Of a stretch of 64,000 nt of DNA, positions 1 through 13,128 are shown piece after piece (position 1 is the stretch's first letter; each line of letters opens with the position of its first letter). Where the stretch lies: positions 112,716,001 through 112,780,000 of the forward strand of contig OX597823.1 in NCBI GenBank assembly GCA_951406725.2, read 5' to 3'. Below the pieces are notes generated by a model. It did not search any database and was not told the origin of the DNA. It worked only from the letters and a program-made list of their open reading frames with translations. The stretch comes from Octopus vulgaris. Taxonomy: Eukaryota. A program made the translations under genes and the position numbers.

Positions 1-24
1 GTAACGTTTGGAGTTTATCACAAA

Positions 25-57
25 GTATATATATGTATGTATATATGTATATGTATG

Positions 58-91
<34 letters not shown>

Positions 92-125
92 TGTATGTAT
101 GTATGTACGTATGTATGTATGTATA
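25..125. repeat. (TATG)n microsatellite
   Basis: Direct reading of tandem tatg units. Confidence 0.95.
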
Positions 126-274
126 GCTTATCTATTCACATAATTTAACACAGCTAGCATTATACATTATATAATATACTGTCTCACAGGTGGTAATGTA
201 TATGTGTGTATGTCTGTGCTTGCTGTGAGAGCAGTATGTGTGTACAAGTTAATATGCATTAACTTATAACTCAC

Positions 275-318
<44 letters not shown>

Positions 319-819
319 CACGATTCTTCCTTACATACAGTATAGAATGGCCAAGTCTGTGAAGTGCATCCTGCTGTAAAGTTTATGCTCTGTAATTCTA
401 TCCGAAGTTGCTCTGCTGATCTTGGGAGCTCTTTGTCTCCTTCCCATAATTTCTAGTTTCCAATATTACATCTCGCCAGTGAAATATATCTTTGTCATTG
501 TCTTATATTTTACATCAATAGCCATAGAGAAATGATTTTGCCAAATTTGGACAGAATTTTTCTTTTTGTTTTATTTTGCTTTGTTCTTTTTCAACAGTAG
601 GACGATTCTTTCTATAGTTAATCACTCAACCGTTAAGTTAAAAGTAGCAGCATTCCATTCTGCTTGGTTGACCGAAAGCAAGCAGAAAGTAATGTAACTT
701 TCCCAGAGGACTCTATTCCCTACGCCTCACTTCACCGAGCTGTCCAGAATAGATATTAGATCTTCTGGGAGTCTTATCTGCTGCAGACTGCTGTCCTATC
801 CAGGAGGAACACACACACT

Positions 820-1131
<312 letters not shown>

Positions 1132-2059
1132 TGGGTTACTTACTTGCAAATAAATGTGTTAACATGTGACATTATTGACTAAGGTTACTGTGGTCTTTTC
1201 TGTAGGCTTTTCTTTCCACGGATAAACATTATCTACTTTCCACTTTACACTTTACATTATGACATTTCTGTGATACACGATCCCTATTGATCGTTTTATT
1301 TTTCCCCTTTTACAATCCCTTTTGATCGGAAACCTACCCCACTTCTTTTTTTTTTCCCCAAAAAGAAAGGCTCTACTTTGTAATCTGTCCCGTCTGGCTG
1401 CAGCCCTGTGTGGCTAATAAAGAAACATATCTATCTATCTATCAACCTATCTATTTATCTATCTATCTATCTCTTACTCTCTCCCTCTCACCCTCTCTCT
1501 CTCTCTCACTCTGTCTCTCTATGTCACTATCTCTCTCCCTCCCTCTCTCACTCTGTCTGTCTGTCTTTGTCATTCTCTCTCCTACTCTCTCTCTCTCTCT
1601 CTCTCTAACTCCTCCCTCTCTGTCTCTCACATAAAAATCAAGACTCAAGCTCCAACTTCTTAAAAGCTACCTTTTGTAACTCCTTAGAAATTTATCGGGG
1701 CTTTAATCAAAGAAATGCTAATTAAGAGTGTCATGTTCTATACTTCATTTGGATGACCCCCCAACTCTAATTCTCAGCATTTGCCTACCAACACTTGAAC
1801 CATTTTCCATCCCACTCCACATTTTGTGCGTTTCTGTCACTTCTTGTGGTACCCTTTGATATCTCTATAATTGTGTCTGTGCTCCTCTCACAACTTGACC
1901 CTTTAACATATAAACCAACCATGTCATACCCAAATACTCTACCCGTTTTATGTTCTAACCAACCAGATCTGACCTCTCACACCTAACCTACAGTGTCATT
2001 CTAAAAAATAAACAATCCTATCTTTGAAATCTCAAAGCTAAAAGATAACATATGAATAA

Positions 2060-2355
2060 TCTTTATATATAAAAGCGAATTTGTGTGAGTGTCTGTCTCC
2101 TACGATTTAGATTCCTAACTACTCCCACATTTTGCGGTGCAGTTTAACCAAAACCGGGTATCTTATTGTCGTGATTCATATCGAGCCCTTCTGGGTATTA
2201 GCGCGCATCTACGATGAGTCTACGATTTTAAAAAAATACATTTTTTCCCATTTTTAATGTATTTTTTTGCTATTATATAAGGGAAGTAACTCTCTAAAAA
2301 TGCTTATATAGTTATTTCCCTTACAGACCCGAGCAACGCCGGGCGGTACTGCTAG
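2060..2355 (+). mobile_element. Non-autonomous Helitron
   Basis: Starts A|TC (tctttatatataaaag), ends with GC-rich hairpin cccgagcaacgccggg followed by CTAG|T; no TSD; same 3' end as copies at 37911 and 56282. Confidence 0.8.
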
Positions 2356-2861
2356 TTCAAAATAATGCGAATAAATAAGCATTAGATTTGACAGAGGAAT
2401 CGGAATGCTAACTCACACTACACTGCCAGACATCTTTCACTGATGCCCTGATGCCAACCATCTCTATTTGATTACTTGATTTGCTAAACATTGAAGCCAA
2501 ATCACCATCAAATCGTATCTTAATACGCTTTGAAAATATGATCGTATCATCTTAGAGAGCTAATATATCAAAGAAAATAATATTGATGTTATGGACATTG
2601 CTGGCATGTCTATTGACATGTCTGTATGTCCACTTGATTGGAGCTAATCTGGGTCTTAACTACAGTAGCAGCCATCTCTCTCTCTCTCTCTCTGACTGAC
2701 TCCTACCACATTCCACCTCCTTTGTCAGCTTCTCACACCAGCCACTGTCCTTACCTCTTCATCCACTACCACTGGTCATTACCTTACCATTCCCTTTGAA
2801 AAGACCTGTGTTTGAAAGATCGATCAGAATTATTTAACCCAGAAACCTTTTTTGCATTATA

Positions 2862-3041
2862 AGGCAGCAAGCTGGCAGAATCGTTAGTATGCTAGGCAAA
2901 ATGCTTAGCAGCATTTAGTCTGTCTTTACGTTCTGAGTTCAAATTCCAATCAGGTCGACTTTACCTTTCATCCTGGGAATCATTGTAATCGACTTAGTCT
3001 CTCCCCTGAAATTTGCTGGCCTTGTACTAAAATTTGAAACC
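2862..3041 (+). mobile_element. tRNA-derived SINE (family A, older copy)
   Basis: aggcagcaagctggcagaatcgttag head, B-box gagttcaaattcc, central gactttacctttcatcc domain. Confidence 0.75.
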
Positions 3042-3274
3042 TATGTCTTTACTACCCACAAGGGGCTAAACACAGAGAGGACAAGCAAGGACAGACAAAC
3101 GGATTAAGTCAATTATATCGACCCCAGTGCGTAACTGGTACTTATTTAATCGACCCTGAAAGGATGAAAGGCAAAGTCGACCTCGGCGGAATTTGAACTC
3201 AGAATGTAGCGGCAGACGAAATACCGCTAAGCATTTCGCCCGGTGTGATAACATTTCTGCCAGCTCACCATCTT
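3042..3274 (-). mobile_element. tRNA-derived SINE (family A) with 15-bp TSD
   Basis: Full copy on - strand; flanking direct repeat ctaaaatttgaaacc at 3027-3041 and 3275-3289. Confidence 0.9.
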
Positions 3275-3638
3275 CTAAAATTTGAAACCATTATATGAAA
3301 GTGTGTGTGTGTGTGTGTGTGTGTGTGCATATGCATGTGCATTCAGGAGTGTTTGCTTCTGCATCTGCTTGAGCAATGATGTTGATATCTTGACATCTCC
3401 TGTGACAATATGTCCTGTAGTTTCATGATTTCAACATGTGTGAAACCAGTGGAATGAAAAGTAGCTTGCTTGAAAAATAATAAAGGGTTGGTGGCAGGAA
3501 GGGCATCCAGCCATATAATTAATACTGCCTTAATAAATCTCCTCCAACATGTACTGGCATGAAAAAAAAGATTGAAGGTAAAAGTGATGGTGATGGTATG
3601 TATATATGTATGTATACGTGTGTATATATATGTATATA

Positions 3639-4475
3639 CATGGTCTGATCAATAATTATCTGGACTGTTTCCATAGTAATGAAGCTAAAACATGCAGAGT
3701 AAAGCCATGTGGCACAAAATGACCTTGAACTCTGCTGTGCACGTGCACTAAGTATTAACATTCTTGCTCACTTCTGCTCTTTACAGCAGTTCTTGGAAGG
3801 AAGGTGTGTAGCATGTGATCATCGCATTGACCATGACAAAGAAGGTTAAGTAGAGAATCTGCATCAAATTTTGCCAAAAGCTTTGTGATACCTGCTCAGA
3901 GACATACAAAATGTTTTCTTGTGCAACTGAAACCCAAGTGTCTTTTTGGCACAAACTTAGCAGACACATGTCTCATACCCAAATCTTCAGTGATAATGGA
4001 CTGAACCGAACTATAACTAATCTGCACATCCTCTGTTAACTCACGGATGGTGATTCGACAATTTCCCCTCACAGCTGCACATACATCTGCAATGTTTTTC
4101 TTAGCTCTGCTGGTTGTGGGTTTCCCAGAATGTTTGTCAATATTGACATTTTTTGGCCATCTTGGAAATATCTGAACTACTCATGCACTTGTGTGCAGCT
4201 CATACACTCCGCTCCATACACTTTCTGCAACTTTGTGTAGGCCTCTGAACTGGTATCACCATGACAACTTTTCTCTGTCATGGTCAATGCAACGATCACG
4301 TGCTACACACCTCCCTTCCAAGCATTGCTGTAAACAGCAGAAGTGAGCTAGTATGTTAAAATTTAGTGTGCATGTACAGCAGAGTTCAAGGTCAATCCTT
4401 CTAAAGCTGCTTCTCTCTGCATGCTTTGACTTGGTTACTATGGCAACTGTCCAGATACTTATTCATCAGACCTCG
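3639..4475. mobile_element. Mariner-derived element with about 200-bp inverted arms and decayed transposase N-terminus
   Basis: TA-flanked TIRs (ggtctgatcaataattatctggac / gtccagatacttattcatcagacctcg). - strand 3920-4263 reads ..ITIRELTEDVQISYSSVQSIITEDLGMRHVSAKFVPK (mariner HTH plus WVPH-like linker). + strand from 3833 reads MTKKVK*RICIKFCQKL. Confidence 0.8.
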
Positions 4476-5242
4476 TATATGCGTGTCTGTGTGTGTCTCA
4501 GATATCATCATTTAACTTCCATGTTCCATACTGGCATAGTCAGGATGATATGTGAAGGCCGTGTTGGGTTCCAATGTTCTGCTTTGGCATGGTTTCCTCA
4601 GCTGAATGCTCTTCCTAATACCAACCACTTTACAGAGAATTCTGAGTGCTTATTTTCATTCATTGGCTCTAGTGAGGCCACGAAGTACCTTGCAAGATAC
4701 GGCCCTTTGGCTCATCAAGGTTTCTGGTTTGAGTTGCTCGTGTATTTTGGAGGAACATACAAGAAGGTTGATTTAAAGGATGATTGGGACTAAAAAAACA
4801 AGGCTGCACAGGTAAGTTTGTGAAAGCGTGAAAGCAGACTGACAATTGGCTAATGATGAATTCACCTGTGAATGTTGAACAAAACTGTTGGTGACGTGGT
4901 CAACACGCATGCACACACACACACATACACGTGTGTGTGTGTATAGAACTTCTTGTCTTCATATCTGCTCACTGGTTGTAAACAAATCCACCAATAATAG
5001 AAAAATGGTGTCATTTGCCAGCAATCTTCTGAGAAAATTACGACCAGCATGTTTGAAGAACTAAGGGAAATATTATGTTGCTAAGAAGCTGGAGGGTATT
5101 GGTGACTGGAAGGGCATTTCACCATAGAATGTAGAATGTCTGGGTCACCAAGTCCTGTCTGACCCATGCAAGCATGGAAAAGTTGATGTTAAAACTATGA
5201 TGATGATAATATATACACACACACATACATACATACATGCAT

Positions 5243-5330
<88 letters not shown>

Positions 5331-6604
5331 TTACATATATGTATATATGTATATGCATAGATACTGGAATGGATCTCATGAAATTCTAATAGTTATCACT
5401 CTTTATCTCCCCTCCCCCACCTTCCCACTGCGTTTCATGACTGTACATCTTTTGACAGCCATCCCCTCCTCTCCCCCCTTCACCGTTTCTGCATTGATGT
5501 CACTTTGTATTCCATTGATGCATGACTATGATATATTCAACATGCCTTTTAGTGCACTTGCAATCCCTATAATGCACATTGCTGTCAGTACTGGTTCACT
5601 TCCTCACACCATGATGGTAATCATCATCATCGTCATCATCATCATACCATTCATGTTATTGTGACTTTTCACTATATGTGGATATTGTTACCAATTATCA
5701 TCATCATCGTCATCGTCATCATTTGTTGCCTTCAGCGTTATGTTCAATATTGCTGCCAGCATCCACATCCTCCTCCTCCTCCTCTTCCTCCTCCTCATCA
5801 TCACCTTTATCGTCATTTCCACCACAACTAATAACAGCTTCTTTATTTTACTGTCAGTGCTATGAAGCTCTCCTCCTCCTCCTGCTCCTGCTCCATCATC
5901 ATCACTATCACCTACTGCGTTGTAGTCAACATGGTTGACAATGCCATCTACACCACCATTTCCATATACAATCGCTTTCATTGCCACTGCCACGAGTACC
6001 ATTGTTAGCATTACAATCACTAACATCTTCGAAATCACCATCGACAAAGACATCTTCATCACCACCACCACCACCACCGCCTTCATCATCACCATCATCC
6101 TAATCATCATCATCATCATCTGTGTCACTTCTTTCATGATCTAACAAATATATTCCGCAATGATGTTGCCAACCAAAAATGTCTTCTCTTTAATTTATTT
6201 TACTGTTCTGTTGTAGTTTTTTTACTGTATTTTTCACCTGTCACTCATTGTGATTTTAAAATCCCTTTTTTCTTGCAATGGTGTGATTAGTGCTTGTGTT
6301 GCGTTGTTTCCAGAGGAACAGGATTAAAGGATTGTTCAAATTTTACAGCTCCCCCTCTTGACCCTTCTACCATCCTACATTTTTTTTTGTCCTTATTTTC
6401 AATTTTGCCCATAGTTATCAACATCACTAACATATTTTGTGCAATGTTTTGCATTGTGCATTTCACATTTTGAAGTACCCTGCCCAAAAGTGTTTAGAAA
6501 GCATACGAAGCAAAGGAGGCTGTGGATAGCTGAAGAGGTTAGCAAAAGCAACACTATACTCCAGAATCTGCTGTGTTTTAGAGCACTGCAATATGTTGCA
6601 ATTA

Positions 6605-6884
6605 GTATTATGCCAGCACCACCTTGACTGGCTTCCGTGCTGGTGGCACGTAAAAAGCACCAACCGGTCATAGCCATTGCCAGCCTCGCCTGTCACCTGT
6701 GCAGGTGGCACGTAAAAAGCACCCACTACACTTGCGGAGTGGTTGGCGTTAGGAAGGGCATCCAGCTGTAGAAACACTGCCAGATCAGACTGGAGCCTGG
6801 TGCAGCCTCCTGGCTTCCCAGACCTCGGTTGAACCGTCCAACCCTTGCTAGCATGGAAAACGGATGTTAAACAATGATAATGAT
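6605..6884 (+). mobile_element. RTE-LINE 3'-end-derived short repeat
   Basis: ggcacgtaaaaagcacc repeats, ggttggcgttaggaagggcatccagctgtagaaac core and (GAT)n-like tail; same sequence ends the RTE copy at 9535-10583. Confidence 0.8.
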
Positions 6885-6905
6885 ATATATATATATGTAT
6901 GTATG

Positions 6906-6968
<63 letters not shown>

Positions 6969-7429
6969 GAAATGTCATACCAATGTCAGTACCATGAGCA
7001 GATGATTGAATAAAGCTTCGAGGAGCTAAGAGATCCCTTTCTCCAGCATAGAGCCAGTTAGAGGCCATAGCTGTAGCACCACCCCATCGTCTTTCATTTT
7101 CGTTTGTTGAAGACTGTCTCTCGTTCATTTTTCAGTAATTCTGTCTGTGTTTGATGTGATTCTCTCATATCTCAGTTTCCTTGTCTTGCACTTTATTTGT
7201 GCTCTTAATTAATTTTCATTTCTGTTACCTTCATCTTTTATTTATCATCTTTTACACGTATTAATCATTAGACTTTAGCCATGTTGGGACACCCCCTTGA
7301 AGGGTTTTACTTCAACAAATCGATCCCAGTATTTATTTCATTTAAGCCTGGTACTTATTCTGTCAGTCTCTTCTGCCAAACCACTTATTTACAGGGATGT
7401 AAACAAACCAACACCACAAAAACATGCAC

Positions 7430-7612
7430 ACACACAGCTACTATACATTCTATATTTTCTTTCCTTGTTTCTTTCTGAATATCTTTCTGTGGAAGAGCAT
7501 AGGCTCGAAATGCTGAAGACTTTTTCACTTCCCGAGCGTTATACTGATACATCTGTTTGTTGTCTACACCACCTATCTCCGTCTTTTGTTTTTTTGTGAA
7601 TTCTCCCCCTAT
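7430..7612 (+). mobile_element. Putative Penelope-like terminal-repeat remnant with degenerate hammerhead motif (7482-7519)
   Basis: tcttt-ctgtgga-a-gagc-atag-gctc-gaaa-tg-ct-gaaga; ends at a (TA)n tract; homologous to 18620, 26150, 43837 and 54360 copies. Confidence 0.55.
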
Positions 7613-7636
7613 ATATGTGTATATATATATATATAT

Positions 7637-7943
7637 CGGTGGCACGTAAAATGCGCCATCCAAATGTGGCTGATGCCAGCGCCACCTTGACTGGCTTCCG
7701 TGCCGGTGGCACATAAAAAGCACCGACCGATCGTGGCCGTTGCAAGCCTCACCTGTGCCAGTGGCACGTAAAAACCACCCACTACACTCACGGAGTGGTT
7801 GGCGTTGGGAAGGGCATCCAGCTGTAGAAACTCTGCCAGATCCGACTGGAGACTGGTGCAGCCTCCTGGCTTCCCAGACCCTGGTCAAACCGCCAAACCC
7901 ATGCAAGCATGGAAAACGGATGTTAAATAATGATGATGATGAT
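7637..7943 (+). mobile_element. RTE-LINE 3'-end-derived short repeat
   Basis: Same core and (GAT)n tail as 6605-6884. Confidence 0.8.
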
Positions 7944-8589
7944 ATATATGTGTGTGTATATATATATATCTATATAGATAGATTGATAGATGCATACCTA
8001 CATACATACATACCTACATACATACATACATACAAACAAACAACAGGCTTCTTTCAGTTTGTCTACTAAATCCACTCACAAGGCTATAGTTGGAGACACT
8101 TGCCCAAGGTGCCATGCAGCTGGACTGAACCTGGAACCATGTGGTGTGGAAGCAAACTTCTTGTTGCATGCTTGTGCCCATGTGTAACTTTCTAATCTAA
8201 ATCTGACCCGAGTTTCTCTGGCAAGTCCATGTAATGTGCAGTGTTTCTCGTTGTTTATCATCTGGTTTGTACAACTCGATATCATCCACATACAAAGAAA
8301 ATGCTTGAATACTTTACCATTGCATTTATATCAAAGTCTAGTCCTATTCCACAATTTCCACGGTGTCAGTTTGAAATAGAAAAAAAAGAAGAAAATTATT
8401 AATAAAGAGTGGAAGTCTCTTTGAAATATTCTTTTTCTAATGGAGATGGGTTTACATTTTATAATCCTCTCTTTTGCAGAATTTCATGTATTCTCCTATT
8501 GCAGGTGCACCCTCATTCATGACAAGTATTTCTTGATTCTGTTTGTGAGAAATTTTGTTACAAACCATCTGGTACTCATTCCATTATTT

Positions 8590-8712
8590 CTTTGTAAACC
8601 TAGTACTTATTCTATCGATCTCTTTTGCCAAACCGCTAAGTTACGAGGACGTAAACACACCAGCATCGGTTGTCAAGCGATGTTGGGGGGGGGGACAAAC
8701 ACAGACACACAA

Positions 8713-8769
<57 letters not shown>

Positions 8770-8926
8770 ATGGACTTCTTTCAGTTTCCGTCTACCAAAT
8801 CCACTCAGAAGGCTTTGGTCGGCCTGAGGCTATAGTAGAAGACGCTTGCCTAAGGTGCCACAAAGTGTGACTGAACCCGGAACCATGTGGTTGGTAAACA
8901 AGCTACTTACCACACAGCCACTCCTG
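8590..8926 (-). mobile_element. tRNA-derived SINE (family B, internal TA/CA microsatellite)
   Basis: Reverse complement reads ggagtggctgtgtggtaagtagcttg..ggttccgggttcagtc..ccttaggcaag; body continues past the microsatellite. Confidence 0.85.
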
Positions 8927-8929
8927 ATG

Positions 8930-9410
8930 GAATTTATGTATTCGTTACTTTTGGATTTTTAGGTGGTTTCCCCACCATCACTTAGTCTTTTCTGGCTCAT
9001 TAAACCTCTGTTTTGCATATGTGGCCTGATCAGATATATGTACCAGAACTTTGGAATTTTACCATGGCCTAGTACCTCCAATTTTTATTTATTTATTTAT
9101 TTTTTTATCCCATTTTTCCAGTAATTTCATTACTTCTGTTGATATAGCTTTCAACAGCTGTTCAGATATTGGGTTTGTTGCTATGACCAGTCCTTTCTTT
9201 GGTAATGCTTTTGCTGCTGCTCATCCCATACTGTTTTTGAAAATTCTTCTATTTCTCTTGTTCTTGGCACAGCATTGACTCCTCCTGTATTTTTACCAAA
9301 TTCTTATTGAAATCATTTTGGATTGGAAAAGAAAAACTGTTTTATTCAAAGAATTGTTGGTGTCTCTTACTGATAGATTCTTTACCATTTAGCAAGAGTC
9401 TCTATGCCTT
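8930..9410 (-). mobile_element. Highly decayed R4/Dong-like LINE ORF fragment
   Basis: - strand shows EIEEFSKTVWDEQQQKH followed by a frameshifted NW..PG.DKI..FWY-like segment, as precedes the RT of R4-clade LINEs; many stops. Confidence 0.4.
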
Positions 9411-9534
9411 GATTTCAGATTATTATTATTATTATTATTAATATTTTGCTGTATGGCATAGAATATGCAGCATCCTCTCTAGTTATTAAAGAATGTATGT
9501 TTCTCTCTCAGATTCATTAAATAGGAATATCAAA

Positions 9535-10583
9535 GGGTGTGCTGAAAGTGTAGCTGCTAGAATAAGAACAGCCTGGGCAAAGTTCAGGGAGCTCTTACCT
9601 CTGCTGATGACAAAGGGCCTCTCGCTCAGAGTAAAAGGTAGACTGTACGATGCATGTGTACAAACATCCATGCTACATGGCAGTGAAACATGGGCCGTGA
9701 CTGCTAAAGACATGCGTAAGCTCGCAAGGAAAGAAGCCAGTATGATCCGATGGATGTGTAATGTCAGTGTGCATACTCGACAGGGTGTAAGTACCTTGAG
9801 AGAAAAGTTGGACCTAAGAAGCATCAGATGTGGTGTGCAAGAGAGACGACTGCACTGGTATGGTCATGTGGCGAGAATGGATGAGGATAGCTGTGTGTGA
9901 AAAAGTGCCACACCCTAGCAGTTGAGAGAACCTGTGGAAGAGGTAGACCCAGGAAGACCTGGGATGAAGTGGTGAAGCACGACCTTTGAACATTAGGCCT
10001 CACTAAGGAAATGACTAGTGACTGAGACTTTTAGAAATATGCTGTTCTTGAGAAGACCCAGCAAGCCAAGTGAGACCATAACCTGTGGCCTATGCCAGGG
10101 GTGTAACCAGCCCACTTATGCGTACCTTTTCCTTCTTTGGACACTAAACTCTGCTTGTGAAGACCTGTTGAGGCAAGTGAAATCAAAATCAAATTTGATG
10201 ACTGGCATCTATGCTAGCGGGGTGCAAAGAGTACCATCCGAGTGTGATCGTTGCCTGAGCAGCTAACTGGCTTCCGTGCCAGTGGCACATAAAAGGCACC
10301 ATTCGAGCATGATCATTACCAGCATCGCCTTACTGGCACTTGTGCCGGTGGCTCGTGTAAAAACATTCGAGTGAGGTTGTTACCTGACTGGCCCCTGTGC
10401 CGGTTGCACGTAAAAGCACCCACTACTCACTCGGAGTGGTTGGCGTTAGGAAGGGCATCCAGCTGTAGAAACTCTGCCATATCAAGATTGGAGCCTGGTG
10501 CAGCCATCTGGTTCGCCAGCCCTCAGTCAAATTGTCCAACCCATGCTAGCATGGAAAACGGATGTTAAACGATGATGATGATG
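9535..10583 (+). mobile_element. 5'-truncated RTE-clade LINE (ORF C-terminus, 3' UTR, (GAT)n tail)
   Basis: Translation ARIRTAWAKFREL..KGRLYDACVQTSMLHGSETW..RRLHWYGHVARM..GRPRKTW is typical of the RTE post-RT region. Confidence 0.9.
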
Positions 10584-10750
10584 AAGCAAACATCATGGTA
10601 ACATATAAACAGAAAACCATCTCTCAATCATTAATGAAACCAATAACGAACAGGTACAACTGCAAGAAAGTTAGGAAAAGCAAATGTGACAGAAATATAC
10701 CATAACAATATACATATACACATCTGTGTGCATGAGGTATACCTAAGACT

Positions 10751-11136
10751 GGAGGCGCAATGGCCCAGTGGTTAGGGCAGCGGACTTGCGGTCATAGGAT
10801 CGCAGTTTCGATTCCCAGACCGGGCGTTGTGAGTGTTTATTGAGCGAAAACGCCTAAAGCTCCACGAGGCTCCGGCAGGGGATGGTGGTGATCCCTGCTG
10901 TACTCTTTCACCACAACTTTCTCTCACTCTTACTTCCTGTTTCTGTTGTACCTGTATTTCAAGGGGCCGGCCTTGTCACTCTCTGTGTCACGCTGAATAT
11001 CCCTGAGAACTATGTTACGGGTGCACGTGTCTGTGGAGTGCTCAGCCACTTACACGTTAATTTCACGAGTAGGCTGTTCCGTTGATTCGGATCAACCGGA
11101 ACCCTCGTCGTCGTAACTGACGAAGTGCTTCCATCC
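10751..11136 (+). mobile_element. tRNA(Arg)-like SINE (family C) with 12-bp TSD
   Basis: Head ggaggcgcaatggcccagtggttagggcagcgg..gtttcgattccc; TSD atacctaagact at 10739-10750 and 11137-11148. Confidence 0.9.
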
Positions 11137-11497
11137 ATACCTAAGACTAAAGATATTGGCTAAAAATAAGTGATTGCCCCCTTTACACTGTATGCATTAT
11201 AACTTACCAAACTGAAGTGAATTGCGCTAATAAATTACTCTACTTCCCTAAACACAATGTACTTTGTATATAATGGAACTGGTACCATTCTCTGATGGCT
11301 GTTGTAGATTTTACTCACATGGCATATGTGAAACTGACAGTAACAGATTATATATATATATATATCTAAAGAATGAGAAATATTGGAGAAAGAGAGAGAA
11401 TGAGTGAAGAATGGGGAAAGAAACCTTAACCGTGTGCTACAGAATGAAGCCCTCTACAGTTTGATAGGACACTTACCTTATATTATCTATGTTTCAG

Positions 11498-11561
11498 AGT
11501 ATTAGCTGATGTTAGCAAGACAAGCAGTGTTGTATGTAAACCAACAGCTGAGGTAGAACTG
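11498..11561 (+). other. Candidate small internal exon
   Basis: gtttcag acceptor, CTG|GTAAGT donor, open frame VLADVSKTSSVVCKPTAEVEL ending in phase 0 (compatible with the 34736 exon); no homology recognised. Confidence 0.2.
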
Positions 11562-11719
11562 GTAAGTTGCAGACACTGTACATTGTTAAAAGTCAATGAG
11601 AGAATGAGAGAAGTCCTCCTCCTTTTCCTCCTTCCTCCCCTCTTTTTACATCTGTGTATCCAATGTTAGGATTTTTTTTTTATTGGCAGTAGTCATATTA
11701 TTGTTGTGGAGTGTGACAA

Positions 11720-12070
11720 ATGCCAATGCTGCCTCCTGACTGGCACCCGTGCCAGTGGCATGTAAAAAAAAAAATTCGAATGTGGTCGATGCCAGTGCCA
11801 CCTGAATGGCTCCTGTGCTGGTGGCATGTAAAAAGCATCATTCGAGCATGGTCAGTACCAGTGCCACCTGACTGGTTCCCATGTCGGTGGCACAGAAAAA
11901 GCACCCACTACACTCTTCGAGTGGTTGGTGTTAGGAAGGCTGTCTATCTGCAGAAACCTTCCCAAATCAGATTGTTACCTGGTGCAGCCTCCTGGCTTGC
12001 CAGTCCTCAGTCAAACTTCCAACCCATGCCAGCATGGAAAGCGGATGCTAAACGATGATGCTGATATTGA
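11720..12070 (+). mobile_element. RTE-LINE 3'-end-derived repeat
   Basis: Repeated tggcatgtaaaaagca units, core motif and gatgatg tail. Confidence 0.75.
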
Positions 12071-12303
12071 TGTTGTATGTTAGTCACACTCCACTTTCTT
12101 CACCAAATCAACTCTTTATGTAGCAGACTTATAATCTTAAATGTTCCAACCAAGATCACTCTCATCTATTTTTTTTTTCTGAGGCACAGTACACCTAGGA
12201 CTACATTTTTCCATGTGTTGTTTCAATTTTAAAGATGATAGGATGTAACTGGAGTGAGATATTCCTGCAAGTTGTGCCATCACACAAAGAATTCTTTTGA
12301 AGA

Positions 12304-12421
12304 GAATACAGCAGATGGGTTTCCTAAAGCTGTACCCTTCTAATTACTAAACAGGTTCATTAGTGCCTTAACTTCGGTAATTTCATGAGATCTAGTGCCT
12401 TCAGCATGATGTGGTTATAAG
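12304..12421 (-). pseudogene. Degenerate 5S rRNA-derived sequence
   Basis: Reverse complement cttataaccacatcatgctgaaggcactagatctc..accgaagttaaggc..tttagtaattagaaggg..ggaaaccc..tgctgta is collinear with animal 5S rRNA over about 118 nt. Confidence 0.6.
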
Positions 12422-12581
12422 GGTGGTCTGGTGTTTACTTAAAGTATGCGCCTGCCTTTTTATGTTTGTACCCCAGTTGAACCGTCCAACCCATGCCAGC
12501 ATGGAAAGCGGACGCTAAATGATGATGATGATGATGTATGTGTACTGATGCTTCATTGTGTCTGTCCGTAGTGTCTATGCA

Positions 12582-13128
12582 AATATCTTGGGTCATACAT
12601 ATCATCATCTGAAAAAGATTTTCTAACTAGAAAGGGTATGGCCTGGTCAGCCTGTAATGACATGCATAAGATCTGGTCATCAAATCTAAGTAGGGACTTC
12701 AAACTTAAAATCTTCAAAGCCACAGTCGAACCAATTCTAGTATATGGCTCAGAAACCTGGTCGTTATCTAAGAAGCTTGAGATGCAGTTGGATGGAACTT
12801 ACACTCGCCTCAAAGTCTCTCGTGGAAGCGTCATCCAACCAAAGTACAAATATATGGGAAACTACCACCTGTATCATCTCTTGTGAAAGGTAGAAGAGTC
12901 CAGTTTGCTGGACATTCTTGTGGAGCTGAAAACGAGGTAATTTCTGCTCTTCTCCTCTGGAAGCCATCTACTCGCAATACCAGAGGGCGCACACTCTCCT
13001 ACCCTGATGTAATCTCCAGGGATACAGGCATCCAGCAACAGGACCTCCGTAATGCTATGATGGACCGTGAAGTCTGGTGTAACAGTAAATTCCATTGTCT
13101 TGAATACGGTCGAACAATGATGATGATG
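12582..13128 (+). mobile_element. 5'-truncated RTE-clade LINE (second family) with 12-bp TSD
   Basis: KYLGSYI..AWSACNDMHKIW..IFKATVEPILVYGSETW..QFAGH; (GAT)n tail; TSD agtgtctatgca at 12570-12581 and 13129-13140. Confidence 0.9.

Noticed and set aside
5380-6144. ORFs with poly-S/H/D/M/V runs
   Set aside because: Degenerate CAT/CAC/TCC trinucleotide low-complexity DNA, open on both strands, with no splice or homology support.
10751-10825. Functional tRNA genes at SINE heads (also 15120-15199, 43080-43154 and 47790-47850)
   Set aside because: A and B boxes are present but there is no acceptor stem or terminator, and they continue into SINE bodies, several with TSDs.
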